Assembly (NCBI GenBank): GCA_964252035.1
Contig: OZ176205.1
Length of the DNA: 64,000 nucleotides
DNA from: Podarcis erhardii
Taxonomy: Eukaryota
Strand: one strand, 5' to 3'
Under the pieces are notes generated by a model. It ran no database searches and was not told where the DNA came from. It saw nothing but the letters and a program-made list of their open reading frames with translations. How positions within the stretch are numbered: position 1 is the stretch's first letter; each line of letters starts with the position of its first letter. Made by a program: the position numbers and the translations under genes. This document shows positions 10,521-22,664 of the stretch, one piece after another.

Positions 10521-13500
10521 TTTCTGGGCCGAGGGAGCCGGCGCGCAGCTTCCGGGTCCTCACCCCTGATCCTCACACTGGGAGTCCACAGGGAAAGGGA
10601 CCCAGGAAAGAGAGAAGAAAAAATGCAGAATGGACAGTTTATGCTTCCGTCTTTTACTGTTGGAAGAGGGGGTGGTTGGGCCGGTAGCTCAGTCAGGGGA
10701 GGAAGGTGGCAACTAGTTGAGATGCCTGACTGAGGAGCCTCCATGTGCAGAGGGAGTCTATCCCCAAATGCTAGTTGCTTGGGGGCAAGGGAGAAGGGCT
10801 GTGGCCATCCTCCTCGTCTTGGGAGCTTCCTGGACACATTTTGACTGACTAGCTGTGGGTGAGACAGCCAAGCTGACCTCTCGTTCAGTCCTCTTTCTCT
10901 TTGCTCTCAGCTCTGTCAACGGCCCTGGACGTGGGGCTCAGCAACTGGAGCTTCCTCTACATCACCGTCTCGCTGTGAGTATGGGGTGGGGGGGGGGTCT
11001 TGTGAACACGTTGCCCGTCTCTCTTGCCTGCCTGCCTGCCTGACGGCCTCCTTCCTCCCTGGCCTTGCAGCTACACCATGACCAAGTCCTCGGCCGTCCT
11101 CTTCATCTTGTTCTTCTCTCTGGTCTTCAAGCTGGAGGAGCCGGTGAGCGCCCAGCCCCCCCCCCCCCAGGCTGAGCGGGAGGGTATCCCTGGGCTTGCG
11201 GCCACCAGCCAACCTGCGCTGTTCTTCTTCCCACCAGAGGGGGGCGCTGGTGCTGGTGGTGCTGCTCATTGCGGGGGGGCTCTTCCTCTTCACCTACAAG
11301 GCGACGCAGTTTGACATGGAGGGCTTTGCCATGGTGCTGGGTGCCTCCTTCCTGGGCGGAATCCGCTGGACGCTGACTCAGATACTTCTGCAGAAGGACG
11401 AGCTGGGTATGTGCCCCTCTGGGGCGGGTGTTGAGGGGGGGCAGGCGACACCCTGCTCCGTTTCCTCCTCCTTGATGGGCTCCCCCTTCTCCCCCTCCTG
11501 TCAGGACTCCAGAATCCCATAGACACCATGTTCCACCTGCAGCCAGCCATGTTCCTGGGCCTCTTCCCCCTCTTCGCTGCATTTGAGGGTAAGTTGTTGG
11601 GGTGAGGCGGGGGCAGAAATGACACCTGAGCGCGAAGCAGCAGAGCAGTGGATCCAGGTGGAAATCTGCTCCCAGGGGAGCTGTTCCCCAAAAGGGTGCT
11701 TGTCTGGGGATTGCTTACTCTAGGGCAGTGCTTCCCAACCTTTCTTTGGCCATGCCGCACCTAAGCATCTCTAAAATCCTCCCCCCCCCACATAACATAT
11801 AATTCTTATTATTCAAAAAGTGAACTGTTCACGTGGAAGAAGCCCAAAAGGCCATTAACTGTGAATAACTCATTCTCAAATTGCCCCCCTTAAGAACCAA
11901 ATTGCCCCCCTGTGGGGGGGGGTGCCCCATGTAGGGAACCACAGCTCTAGGGCATTTACTGGGGTCCAAGCATGGTTTAGGTTCCTTCTCCAAAGCTGCT
12001 GGCTGGTACGTTCAGAGCTCCAGTCATGTAGAAGGGGGGAGGGAGAGATTCTGGGGAGAAATGGGGAAATGTATAATAGTCTTTTGTCAGGCGTGGACAG
12101 AATGTGCTGGGTGGTATCGATGCTCATAGACCCAGGGAAGCGAATGGATGTGGCTAGACAGCGCCCTGTGATGCCAGGCATGGCGCATTGTGCATAAGTG
12201 GAAGAGAACAATGAGCAGGGGGAAAAGCCACGTCCGTCAGGCTATTTTGGGCTGGTTATTTAGTTCTCAGCAAACAGAAATTACAAATTTAGAGCTGGAA
12301 CTACAAGACAGGGCAGCACCCAAAAGCATCTCAGTTGATAGGAAATTTTAAAAACCACCAACATTTAAAATCAAAACTGTCACCACTGTAGAAACCCAAA
12401 GAAATGCTGTATTTAGACTTGGGAATTATTTGTTTGCCTCAGTGCAGTCTTGTGACCACCATAGCAGCTCCTCTTCCTGTAGAAAAAGCTCATAGTGGAC
12501 CCCTCAGCCCCGCCCCACAGGTGGTCAGGCAACTTTCCTCTTCATTTGCAAAGAATATTTTCCCTGGTTGCAGGGGGAGAGAAACCCTTGGAGTGTTTGT
12601 CAATCTTTTGCTGAGTTTCAGCCTGCTCAAAGGTGGGTTGGCCTCCCCAGAACAGGGCTGAGCTTCCCTCGGCCCCTGGCTTAGCAGGAGGAGCACTGAG
12701 GGCCCCTAGGGCTGAGCACCCTCCCTTAGAAGTCCAACCCATGGCACTTGCTTCCAGGTAAAGGGCCCTGGAGGTTCCTGAGCCCTCTCTCTCTTTCTCT
12801 CTCTCCCCCCAGGCCTGCCCTTGTCTGCGTCGGAGAAGCTCTTCCGTTTCCACGAGGTGGACCTTCTGCTGGGCCTCTTGGGCAAGCTGGCCTTGGGGGG
12901 GCTGCTGGCCTTTGGGCTGGGCTTCTCCGAGTTCCTCCTGGTGTCGAAAACCTCCAGCCTCACCTTGTCCATCTCTGGCATTTTCAAGGTATTGGGTGGC
13001 CTTTCCTCCTCTGGCCCTTCCTTGCCCAGCCAGCCAACCCATGGCCCCAGTCGCCTTTTGCTTGGCCCCGGCTGGGAGCCCATGAGTCTTTGGCGTGGGG
13101 TCTTCCCTTTGTCCCATGGAGGCCTGAGGGGCTTCTGTGCCCCAGTGAGAAGTACTCAGTCCTTCCCCTTCCCAATGTGAGACTTTCGATTGGCTCCTGG
13201 GGCCGTCAGTCCTGGCTGTGACTCGCCCCTGCTCTTGTCCTCAGGAGGTCTGCACTCTTCTGCTGGCCACGCACCTCATGGGAGACCACCTGAGCCTCTT
13301 GAACTGGCTGGGCTTCGTCGTCTGCCTCCTGGGGCTCTCCCTCCACGTTGCGCTGAAGGCTCTCAGTGCCACAGGTAATGTTGGGGGCGGTGGGGTCTTG
13401 GGACTTGGGCTTCCTGCATAGCCAAGGTTTGGGGTGGGGGCCGGAGAAGCCCTGCTGCCTGTTGGGGGCCGGCTGACCAGTGCCTCCTTCTCTGCGCAGG

Positions 13501-13609
13501 GCAAAAGGGCGCCAGGCAGCCCAAGGAGTCTTGTTCCAGCCCGGACTTGGAGTTGCTGCTGCTCCACCACCAGGAGGAAGAGGACCCTGCGGGATTCCCC
13601 CAGCGCTGA
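10023..13609 (+). CDS. SLC35C2: Solute carrier family 35 member C2 (nucleotide-sugar transporter family), complete, 9 coding exons, 352 aa
   Basis: Exons 10023-10133, 10233-10374, 10911-10974, 11071-11143, 11238-11406, 11505-11588, 12813-12988, 13245-13374, 13500-13609 (TGA 13607-13609). All GT-AG, phases consistent, 1059 nt. Diagnostic peptides: [98 protein letters not shown]. Confidence 0.96.
11726..11944. mobile_element. hAT-family MITE in SLC35C2 intron 6
   Basis: Imperfect TIRs CAGTGCTTCCC / GGGAACCACAG and a perfect 8-bp TSD CTCTAGGG (11718-11725, 11945-11952). Confidence 0.85.
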
Positions 13610-15440
13610 AACATGCCAGCAGCTCAGCCAAGAGAGCCCAAGGCAGGGGGAGCCGGCTACCCCGGAGGGCTTCAAATGGGGGGGGGGCTTGGGACCCCGT
13701 AGAAAGGAAGAGGCTGAAGCACTTGGGCCCTGGTGTTATGGGAAAGATCTTGGGGGATGGGGGAGCCACACGAAGCTTGGCGGGTGGCTCAGAGAGGGAG
13801 CTCCATGGCTCAGAGAGGGAGCTTGGGGGAGGCTGTAAAGTGAGACGGACTGTGCCATCCTGTGAGCCTTCACGGATGGCGACATTGGGTGCCTCCTTTC
13901 TGCGCCCATCTTTGTGCCCTCTGGCCTCCGTGCCCCTCAGGGTCGGAGGCAGTGCCACGTGAATGTGTTAAGAAGCGAAAAGGCTGTTGGGGTTGGAGGA
14001 CCAGCTGGTTCTTGGGGAGACGTGTTGGGACCAAAGTGGGCTGAGGCCAGAGCAGCAGCCGAGAGCCTCTTGCTTTCTGCTTCTGGGTTTGCAGCAGTCC
14101 CTGGAGTTTGGAAGGGGTGGGCATCATGGTGGTTTCAGAACTAGGCGCTTCTGAGATGGTACTCAGAGCTCTAGCTACTGGAGGAAGCAGTAGAAACCTG
14201 CCACGAACCTGGGCAGGGTGTGGGCAGAGAGAGAGTTGGCATAGGACCAGAAGGTAGCCTTGCGGAAAGCAGGCTGGGAGCTGGAGCCCTGAATGCGGAA
14301 TGCCCTGGACCAGTCAGGCTGCCTGGGTGAAGAGGAGCCCTCGCTGCTCATCTCTGGGCTTGGCGTGAGGCTCCCTTACTGCTGACATCTTGAGGACATT
14401 GGAGGCCCGTTTGGGAGTTTCCACTGCCCATCTCTGCACTCTGCAGAGTAGCATTTCAGTGTCCTGAACCCTCTTGGAAGTAAGTCCCTTGGAAGTCATC
14501 CAGATTTGCAAGCAAGCAAGTCTCAGATCACAGCCTTGGGGAAGAATGTGGCAGCCGCCTTGCCAGTTCCCCTCACCCCCAGCTGTGGCTGCTCAGAATG
14601 GCCCTGGCCAGCCGCTGACTGAAATGCAGCTGTGCCATCCATTCAGACGTCATGGTGGTGCTTGTGGCTTTAGTTGGACCAAAGCGAGTCCATCCAGCCC
14701 TGCTTCCGGTCTCCCAGAATCACCGGTCAGATGCCCCCAAGGAGACCCCCCCCCCAAGAGGACTGAGTGTGGCAGCAGGGCTCTCCCCACCCTGATTTCT
14801 GGAGGCGGCATGGAGTTGCGCTCTGTCCAGTCGCCACTTGCAGCCACTCTTCCTCTGTGACTCTGTCCCCGGCTCAAGCCAGCTGAGCTGGTGGCCATCA
14901 CTGCCTCTCCTGGGAGCAAATCCCAGAGTTTAACTCTTCACCGTGTGAAGAAGGGCCTCCTTCTCTCCCCATCCCAAATCTCCCTCTTCCTTGGTGACCC
15001 TCCTTGGGTTCTAGTAACAGGAGAGGGAGGAAAGCCTTGCTCATTTTGCCCAGTTTCACCCATCATGTCTCCATTTTCTAACCTCAGCCTGTTGCAACCT
15101 TTCCTCAAAGGGCAGCTGCTCCAGCCCTTTAATTTTTTTGGGGGGGGGCTGCTGGTTGGTTGCTTTTTCACCCCTGAACATTTTGCCTTCCCTTTTCTAG
15201 AGCTTTTTCCAGCTCTGCTGTGCTTCTTCTGGAGATGAAGTGAGCAGAACCAGACTGTATCCCATATTTAGCCACCATAAATTTTCCTAAGGAAAATGAG
15301 ATTACCCTTATGGAAATCCATGACAGGATCACACTTGGAATCCTGTAGGCAGCTTTGCTTTTGATCCCTAATGTTGGATTTGACACATTCACAGCTGCTG
15401 CACATTCACTTGACATTTTCAGCTCCCCACTGCAGCCCCA

Positions 15441-15691
15441 AGAAGAAGAAGAAGAAGAGTTTGGATTTGATATCCCGCTTTATCACTCCCCTTCAGGAGT
15501 CTCAAAGCGGCTCACATTCTCCTTTCCCTTCCTCCCCCACAACAAACACCCTGTGAGGTGCGTGGGGCTGAGAGACTTCAGAGAACTGGCCCAAGGTCAC
15601 CCAGCAGCTGCAGGTGGAGGAGCGGAGACGCGAACCCGGTTCCCCAGATTACGAATCCACCGCTCTGAACCACTACACCACACTGGCTCTC
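15441..15691 (-). mobile_element. Full-length tRNA-derived SINE (Squam/CORE-like) with (TTC)n tail
   Basis: Minus strand begins agagccagtgtggtgtagtggttcagagc...ggaaccgggttcgcg (A/B-box-like), has a central gctgggtgaccttgggc, and ends in a CTT repeat (GAA repeat on +, 15441-15458). Related degenerate copies at ~60245-60457 (-) and ~63800-63960 (+). Confidence 0.8.
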
Positions 15692-15714
15692 AAGATCCCT
15701 TTCCTCACCCGTCA

Positions 15715-15905
15715 CTCGGAGGATGTACAATCACATTGAACCACATTTGCCATTTTGTCACCTGGCTGGCTTGGTGGCAGCAGGGGAACCCTGGGGATCC
15801 CTTGGCTGTCCATTTCCCCCTCACCATTCTCAATAATGTGATGTTGTCCACAAACTTGACCAGCTCTCTGCTGATCCTTTGCTTTGAATCCTTTATGATC
15901 AAGTT
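15715..15905 (-). mobile_element. CR1 reverse-transcriptase fragment
   Basis: Minus ORF ...RELVKFVDNITLLRMV... resembles a decayed CR1 KFADDTKL region. Confidence 0.55.
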
Positions 15906-15924
15906 AAAAATCATGATAAAAAAT

Positions 15925-16050
15925 TCCTTCTAGTAGCACCTCAGAGACCAACGTGCACATGAAAGCTCATACCAATAACAAACTTAGTTGGAAGGAATTT
16001 TTTGTTTTTGTTTTGACTACGGCAGACCAACATGGCTACCTACCTGTAAT
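15925..16050. mobile_element. Penelope-like element terminal fragment
   Basis: gaaagctcatacc...aacttagttgg...gactacggcagaccaacatggctacc resembles reptile Penelope termini as I recall them; not verifiable here. Confidence 0.45.
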
Positions 16051-18399
16051 TAACAATCATGGTTCCCTGCATGGAGCCTCTCTTATTTATTTCCTGCCTT
16101 GCAAGAATGCAAGGATGTTCATTCCTCCTCGCTGCTTCCTGTTCAAGCAGTTGCCCTTCCAGGAGAGGCCTCTCCTTTCCTTCCACGGCTGCCAAATATG
16201 CCTCATATCTTGGGAACATTTGGTGGGAGTGGAGTTTCTGCAGGAGAGGAGAGTTGCCTCTTTGCTGAGCTTGTTAAGATTCTTGAATTCCCCACTGGTG
16301 TTAAGTGAGTGACCTTCATTCCGCGGCTGGCCTGGCTGGCCCTTGTCTGCCTGATGCCCTGAGCAAAAGGCTTTGTCCTCCTGGGCCCATTGTCCGCCTG
16401 GCCTTTGATTTGCAGGGACAATTTCCTCTTGTGTTGCTCCTCGCCTGCTCTAAGCCCCCGTGAACTGAACTGCCTTCTTGCCTGCCCTTTTCCTAATTTG
16501 TGGTCAGTGCTCTTATTTTGAGATGCAACTACAGCAGCCCTTCAAGACAAGCCACGTGGGCAATTGTGTTTAGTTGAAGAGCAGCCGTGGCAGAGATGCA
16601 GAGAATCCACGAAGCTGCCAGGGAGAATCCCAAGAGCAGAATATTCTGGCGGGGGGGGGGGGGGGCTGAAATGTACATTCCACAAAAACACACAGCTGCT
16701 TTCAAGCATCCAAAGGAACCCTATAAACCTCTTAACAAAGGAAATGTAATTGTCTGTGTGTCTTAAATGTTTTTAGTGTAAATTGTTGAAAAGGTGTTAT
16801 TGTGACGGACGACACCCATGTTCTCCTTCGCCTGGAGGGGAAGGTGTTCTGCAGCGTCAGGCCACAGATCTGGACCTGCCAAGGAGCCGTGTCCTTGCAC
16901 CCACGTCCAGCTCCACCTCACAGTCCCAAGGCCCTCGGCTGCTGTGGCTGCCTGGGACCTGCCTGTGCTGTGCTGAGCTCTGCCCCCTGCTGAGGAGGGG
17001 GGCTTCTTGGCCCCCAGGCGCTCTGCCCCAACCAGGCTCCACAAACAGGAAGGAATTGGGAGGTGCCCCAGAGTTCTGCCTGTCAGCCCTTTTCTCCTCC
17101 ATGCTGGGCACGACTGGAGCGGCCAGGGGCCAGCCACTGCTCCATGGCAACACTGTGCTTGCCTTGGTTCTGGAGAGCCATGCTGAAGAAGGCCCCCTCT
17201 CTGTGCAGGGTATCTCAACATGGGAAGGATCCTTTGCGTAAGCTGGAAGTGACCATGGGAATAGAAATGGCCGGGGGGGGGGCGAGGAGGAGAGGGAGTT
17301 GCCAAAAGCAAGCAAGAGTGGAAATCAGACATGAAATCATCGAAATAGAGGGTGCAGCAGCAGCGAAGCCTTCAGAGAGCAGCAGGAGGAAGGGCCTTGG
17401 GGCCTCTTCCCTGGGAAGGTGGATGGGGAGGAGGAAGCAGGCAGCTGCCCTTGGGCATCGGGGGGGGGGGGGAAGGAGGCCTCTCACCCTCTGCCCTTCC
17501 CCAAAGCAGGAGAACTGAAGCAACGCGGAGTTGCCAGTCTGAAGGGCCCAGAGGAAGAAGGGCACCTTCAGGCAAGCCTGGCTTAGTGGTGGCAGACTTT
17601 GCCACAGCAGCCCTTGAAGCATAAGAAAACGGATTCCTGGTGGGATAGAAGCATCTCCTGTGACGGGAACCTGGACGGCCAAGCACACCATCTTGGGGAG
17701 TGGGCAGGAAGAGACAGGTGTGTTCTCTCCTGCCGCCCCAATGGCTTTGGCCACACTCAGGAAGCGGGCAGCAGGTGGCGCTGCTGTGCCAGGCGCTGTC
17801 TGCTGGCGCTACTGCTTCTTCCTTGATGTGGCCTGCAGCTGCCAAATGAAAACCTCAGCAGCTTGGAGGGCCTGGGTTGGGGGGTCTGGGGGCAGCAGGG
17901 CCTCTGAATCCTCTCCTTCCCAGGCAGTGGGTCCTGCTGTACTCTGCAGGTTCCTCCAGGGCTCCAAGCTGTGGAGCCGTTTCCGGGGGGCGCTGGGAAG
18001 TCACACTCCGATGGCCCCTGGCATTTGGCCCCTGCTCCTGCTGAGGGCTGCTGGAGATGGGTGGGTGAGGAGGCAGCTGCCACTCAAGGCGTAAAACCGA
18101 AGATCCCCTTCTGGATCAGGCCAAAGGTGGAGGCCACCTCACCTCTCCTGTCCTCCCACAGTGGTCAGCCAGGTGCTGCATCAGGAAGGCCCACAGGCAG
18201 CAAGGCAGGAGCACCTTGACAGCAGCCCTCACATTCCCCGGTCCCTGCTGCTCAGATACTCGGCAACTATACTACTTTTAAGAGACATCTGAAGGCAGCC
18301 CTGTTTAGGGAAGTTTTTAATGTTTAATGCTGTATTGTGTTTTTAATAATTCTATTGGGAGCCACCCAGAGTGGCTGGGGTATAAATAAATTACTATTA

Positions 18400-18625
18400 T
18401 TACACGTCTTTCACATACAGTGCTGCTCCTCCCTGTTTGGTCTATTCCTTTTGAACAGGTCATAGCCCTCAGTTCCAAACTCAAGCCATGTCTCTCATCC
18501 CACCAGGTTTTGGTAGTCCCTACCAGGTCATATTTGCCATCCTGTATTAAATGCACCAATTTGTCTTGCTTGTTTCCCATGCTCTGTGCATTAGTTGCCT
18601 CTCTACTAATGTGTAGAGTATGGGA
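18400..18625 (-). mobile_element. CR1 ORF2 endonuclease N-terminal fragment
   Basis: Minus ORF 18317-18667 contains NAQSMGNKQDKLVHLIQDGKYDLVGTTKTWWDE, matching the CR1 APE start (NAQSMGNKQEEL...YDLIGITETWWD). Confidence 0.8.
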
Positions 18626-20894
18626 AACAAGCAAGACGAATGCCCTCTGGGAGTTGTTGGGCTCCAACTCCCATCATCCCTGACCATTGGCCTTGCTGGC
18701 TGCTGGGACTTGGCCAGTGGTGGGTGGGGCCACAGGCAAAGATGTCTATGGAGTGGCTGGTGTGAATGGGACCCTTCCCCACAGACTCTTGCACCCCCCT
18801 GCTTCGTTAGGCAAGGAAGAGGCATTCTCCAGGGGTCAAGAACCAAAACACTCAAGGAGGGGTGTAGTTTGAAGTGGGGAGGCCTGGGGGCATAGCCAGG
18901 ATTGATGTTAGTGGTGCAGGCTTTATGTTGGGGGCGGAGGCAGAACCCCTGTTAATTATTTTTATTGATTTACTTGATTACCCACCTCCCCCTGGCTACA
19001 CCCACGCCTGGAGGGATACGTTTGAGCCCCAGGCCTGGGCTCCTCTCCTCTGCAGCCATCATGCCAGGGGGTGCCAACCCAGTGCCAAGGAGCACGGGGC
19101 TGCTTTGGTGCCCCTGGGATGAACTTGAATTCCTAGATTCACAGCTTTCATTTTTTAAAAAAATGTAAGGTTAAAGCATCTTTCGAAGGATATGAGGCAA
19201 CAGATATGGACAGCAATTGTTTCGTGTGTGTGAGAGAGAGAAATTCGCCTTCTTCCTTTCAGGGTTTCCTCCCCCTCCCCCCAGAAAAATGGATGCCCAT
19301 GTATGTGAGAGAGGGAGAGTTGGGCTTTGTAAGGGGAGGAGAGACTGTGTGTGTGGTCTGGTCTGTGAGAGATGCATTTGGGCAGAGAGAGGGGAGATGC
19401 ATTTGTGGTGGGAGGTGAGCAATGCATGTGTGTGTCGGGTGTCCATGTGCATGAGAGAGTTTTGCGTGGGCACCTGGTACATTTTTGCTGGTGCTGAGAA
19501 ATGCTCCCTATTGTTAGCCAGCAACACCACCAGTGTGTGTGGGGGGGGGGGGGAGCGCAGAAATTAACATCAACCAGCAGACACAGCTGACTTCTCATGG
19601 GAACCTGAGGTTGAGGAGGTAAGCCACAGTGACTGCTCTCTCTAACTGTGTGTGATGCCATGCTCACATGGTGGCCGTTTTGTGACTGGTGCCCACATCA
19701 CAGTCTTAAAAGTGAATGAAGGCATTCGGCCAGAGATGTGGAAACTCAGATTGTGTTCTTCTAAAACGGCAGGAAGCACAAGGTGGGCTTCCTTCAGGGG
19801 ATAAGTGAGCACCAGGTGTTGTCAGAGGGCAGGTTGTGATGGGTGGGGTCATGGAAGGAAGGGGGCAGGCCTCTAGTGACCCAGGCCTAGGAGGGGGCTG
19901 GCGTTTCATCCTGGGTCTCCCCGTGCTGCTCCCACAGCCAGTTGACACAACCAATTGTGCCTCAGCTGGCAGTTGCCATTAATATACTTGGGAGCACAAG
20001 TTGTCTGCCAGAGTCGCTGTCGGAGGAACTCCATCATTTCCCCAGCGATAAGACTTGGTCTTTACAGAGCATTTCCTCTTAGGTATTCCAGGTGTGTTCC
20101 ATGCCATCATTTCAGTAACCCTTCCAGCACTGCTGTGAAGGCAGACCAGGCTTCCTACCTCCACTGGGGGGGGGAGGGGGAGGGGGAGGGCTGTGAGGCA
20201 GATGGAGGATGCCTGCCTGAGGCCACACAGTCTCTGGGGCCTGGGGTCAGCCTGGCACTTGGCCCTGGGCCCCCCATGGGCTCAAGGCAGACGTCTCCCT
20301 CCCTGGCACCTCCTTCAAGTGGCAGAGAAGGCTTTGCCTCCCCGGCTGCTGGGGGCCACAGCTGCAGTGCCCTCGCCTACCAGTTTCCGAGCAAGAGAGG
20401 CTACCTGGTCCTGGTCCTCATCTCTGGCAGCCAGCAAGGCTGGTGCTAAGGCAGTCGGTCGCCGCAGAGGCAGCCGCCTTGCACTGCCCTTTCCTGCCCC
20501 ATGAATTAAGCAGCCCCTGTGGGGAGCTTGGTAATACTTTTATTAATAGTTAATTACTCCCTCTGCCTTGCCAGAGAAATGAGACTCACTCAGGCCTCGT
20601 AAATCCAAGCAGTGATCCTGCAATAAAAAGCAGTAAGGAGACTTCATTCCAGTGGCTCCTTCCGCAGCCTTGCCTACAGCGCTGGCATTTAGGGAATGAC
20701 AAAGGTCGGCACCAGGTGCCTGGGCGCAAGGGCGCAGAGGAGAGGGGGGGCCTGGCTCCCGTCCAGGAACAGGCCTCCCTCTGCTCTGGGCTGGATCCAT
20801 GGCAGGCTGCAAGTGGCCTTTGCTCTGGGGATCCTTGGGGGGGGGGACAGCAGCCCCCTGTTGCACTGGCATGAGAAAATGGGATAGACTACTC

Positions 20895-21185
20895 TGGCTT
20901 GGTGAAGTTCTCCATCCTTGGGCCCAGAAACTCATAGGCAGCCAATGCAGTTGGACCAGGATCGGTGTAAAATTCTCACACCGTCTTGCCCCAATGAGCA
21001 GCCTGGCTGCCAAATTCTGCAGCAGCTGAAGTTTCCAAGAACAGTCTTCAGAGGCAGCCCCATGCACAATGCGTTGCAGTAATCAAACCTGGAGGTTACT
21101 AGAGCGCAGTTGTGTCAGAGGTGAGGCTATCCTGTCCAGGTAGGAGCGCAGCTGGAAGAGGGCGGCTGGGAGCTGAGCTGGGGAA
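20895..21185 (-). mobile_element. L2 LINE ORF2 C-terminal fragment (further L2 pieces ~28460-28850 and ~30550-30720)
   Basis: Minus translation KLQLLQNLAARLLIGARRCENFTPILVQLHWLP matches the L2 motif KLQLVQNAAARL...HITPVL..LHWLP. Confidence 0.8.
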
Positions 21186-21339
21186 TCCGGTCTTGCCTGC
21201 CCTGCAGATGATGGGCACGACCCTCGGGGGTCTTCTTCCCCAGGCCTCTGAGCGCTGCCAAGCGCGGCTTCTAACGGGGGTCCCTGCCAGATTTAGGGGG
21301 GCCTTGCATGGCGCTGGTGCCTCTCGCCAACAGCGCACA

Positions 21340-22340
21340 GTGGCCGCCGCCTTTCCCGGGGAGCATCGAGACCTGGAGTGCAGAGACGGCGGCCGCCCCC
21401 TCCAGTCCAGGCAGCAGGTCAGACGCCACGCTCTGTCCGGTTCCCATGAACCTGGCAGCCTCGCGGGAAGACGGGGAAAGGGAGTCCCCGGGAGCGGCTC
21501 TGCAAGCCCCCGCCGGCCCGCGAGCTTGGCGACCCGGTGCCTAAGAGGGAGGCGCCGCTGCTTGGACGGGGCGGGGGTGTCCTGGCCGCCGCGGGGAGAG
21601 GGAGGAGCGGTTCGGCTGGTTGTCCGGCGTCCGCTTGGCTCCTCGAGGGTTTCGAAGGCCGTTCTGGCGAGGCCGTCGCCACGCGGCTGCGCCCACGAGC
21701 CCCCCGACGCCCTCTTCCCGGTGCCAGCCTCCGGAGCCCGGGGATCTCTGCAGCTTCGCGCCTGCTGGTGGAAGCCGGGGTCCGACGGCAGCCGCCCTCC
21801 GCGCCCGCCCCTTGGGGAGGGCGGCCGCGCCTGGTCTGGGGTCGCCAGCGGACAACGGGCTCGTCGCGGGCGCGCCTTGCCTCTGCCGAGCGAGCGCGCA
21901 CGGTACTTTGGGGGGGGGTCTCCCTCCCGCCCCGTCGAGGAGCGAAGGTGCCTTTGGCGAGAGGCTCCGCTCGTTGCCGCCCCCCGGATTTGCATAATCC
22001 TACATGGCGATATGATAATGATGTTTGTTAAAGACAGAACGCAATAAATTAATCCCGTTAAGTTGCTGCTGCGAAAGGCAAAGAGAGTGATTTACGGCGG
22101 CGGTGCGGAGCCGCGTCGAGGCTGCGGCAAGGCGGGCGGACCACGGCGGGCTGCCTGTGCCGGGAGACCCCCCAGTGCCCCCACCCAGCCATCGCCCCCC
22201 AAAGGCAAGGGCGGCGGAGCCGGCGCCGAGTCCTGAGACCCCCGGAGGCCCCTCCCCTCCCGGCATCCAGCCCCGCACCCGCCTGGCGTCGCTTTCTGGG
22301 AAGCCGCTTTCTACGGGGCCTGGACGTCGCTCCCCGTCCA
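21340..22340. promoter_or_regulatory. Orphan intergenic CpG island with an AT-rich, TF-motif-dense core (21985-22100)
   Basis: High CpG density and no recognisable coding exon. Core contains ATTTGCATAAT (21988), CATGGCG, CAATAAATTAAT and TGATTTAC (22088). Confidence 0.65.
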
Positions 22341-22664
22341 GCTCATAGATCCCACGGTTACAATATCTGGGTATCTCAGAAGCATCATTCCAAGGAATGG
22401 TAACCTATTTATTAAAATGGAAATTTGGAAGCACCTTCTTCCCCCAGGAACAACTTCGTGGCCCTCTTGAGTTTGCCAAAGGGCCTTTATGGCAACTTAC
22501 AAATCTGACAAGAGGGAGAGAAGGCACAGCAAGGCAAGAACTGCATTGAAAAATGAAGCTGGTTCCTGCTACAATGGACCGAGGAGGGGCAAGAAAGAGG
22601 AAATCTCTCTTCCCTGTATATAGAAATTGTAGAAAGTTTTATGCTCTTATATTACTAATTAAGC

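Noticed and set aside
17785-17815. REST/RE1 silencer-like GGCGCTGTC half sites (also ~12160, ~58658)
   Set aside because: Only half-site matches, without the correctly spaced GGTGCTGA half.
21099-22047. Long overlapping ORFs (298-311 aa) in the orphan CpG island
   Set aside because: Low-complexity Arg/Gly/Pro/Ala text open on both strands, the expected stop-codon depletion of very GC-rich DNA. No domain similarity.
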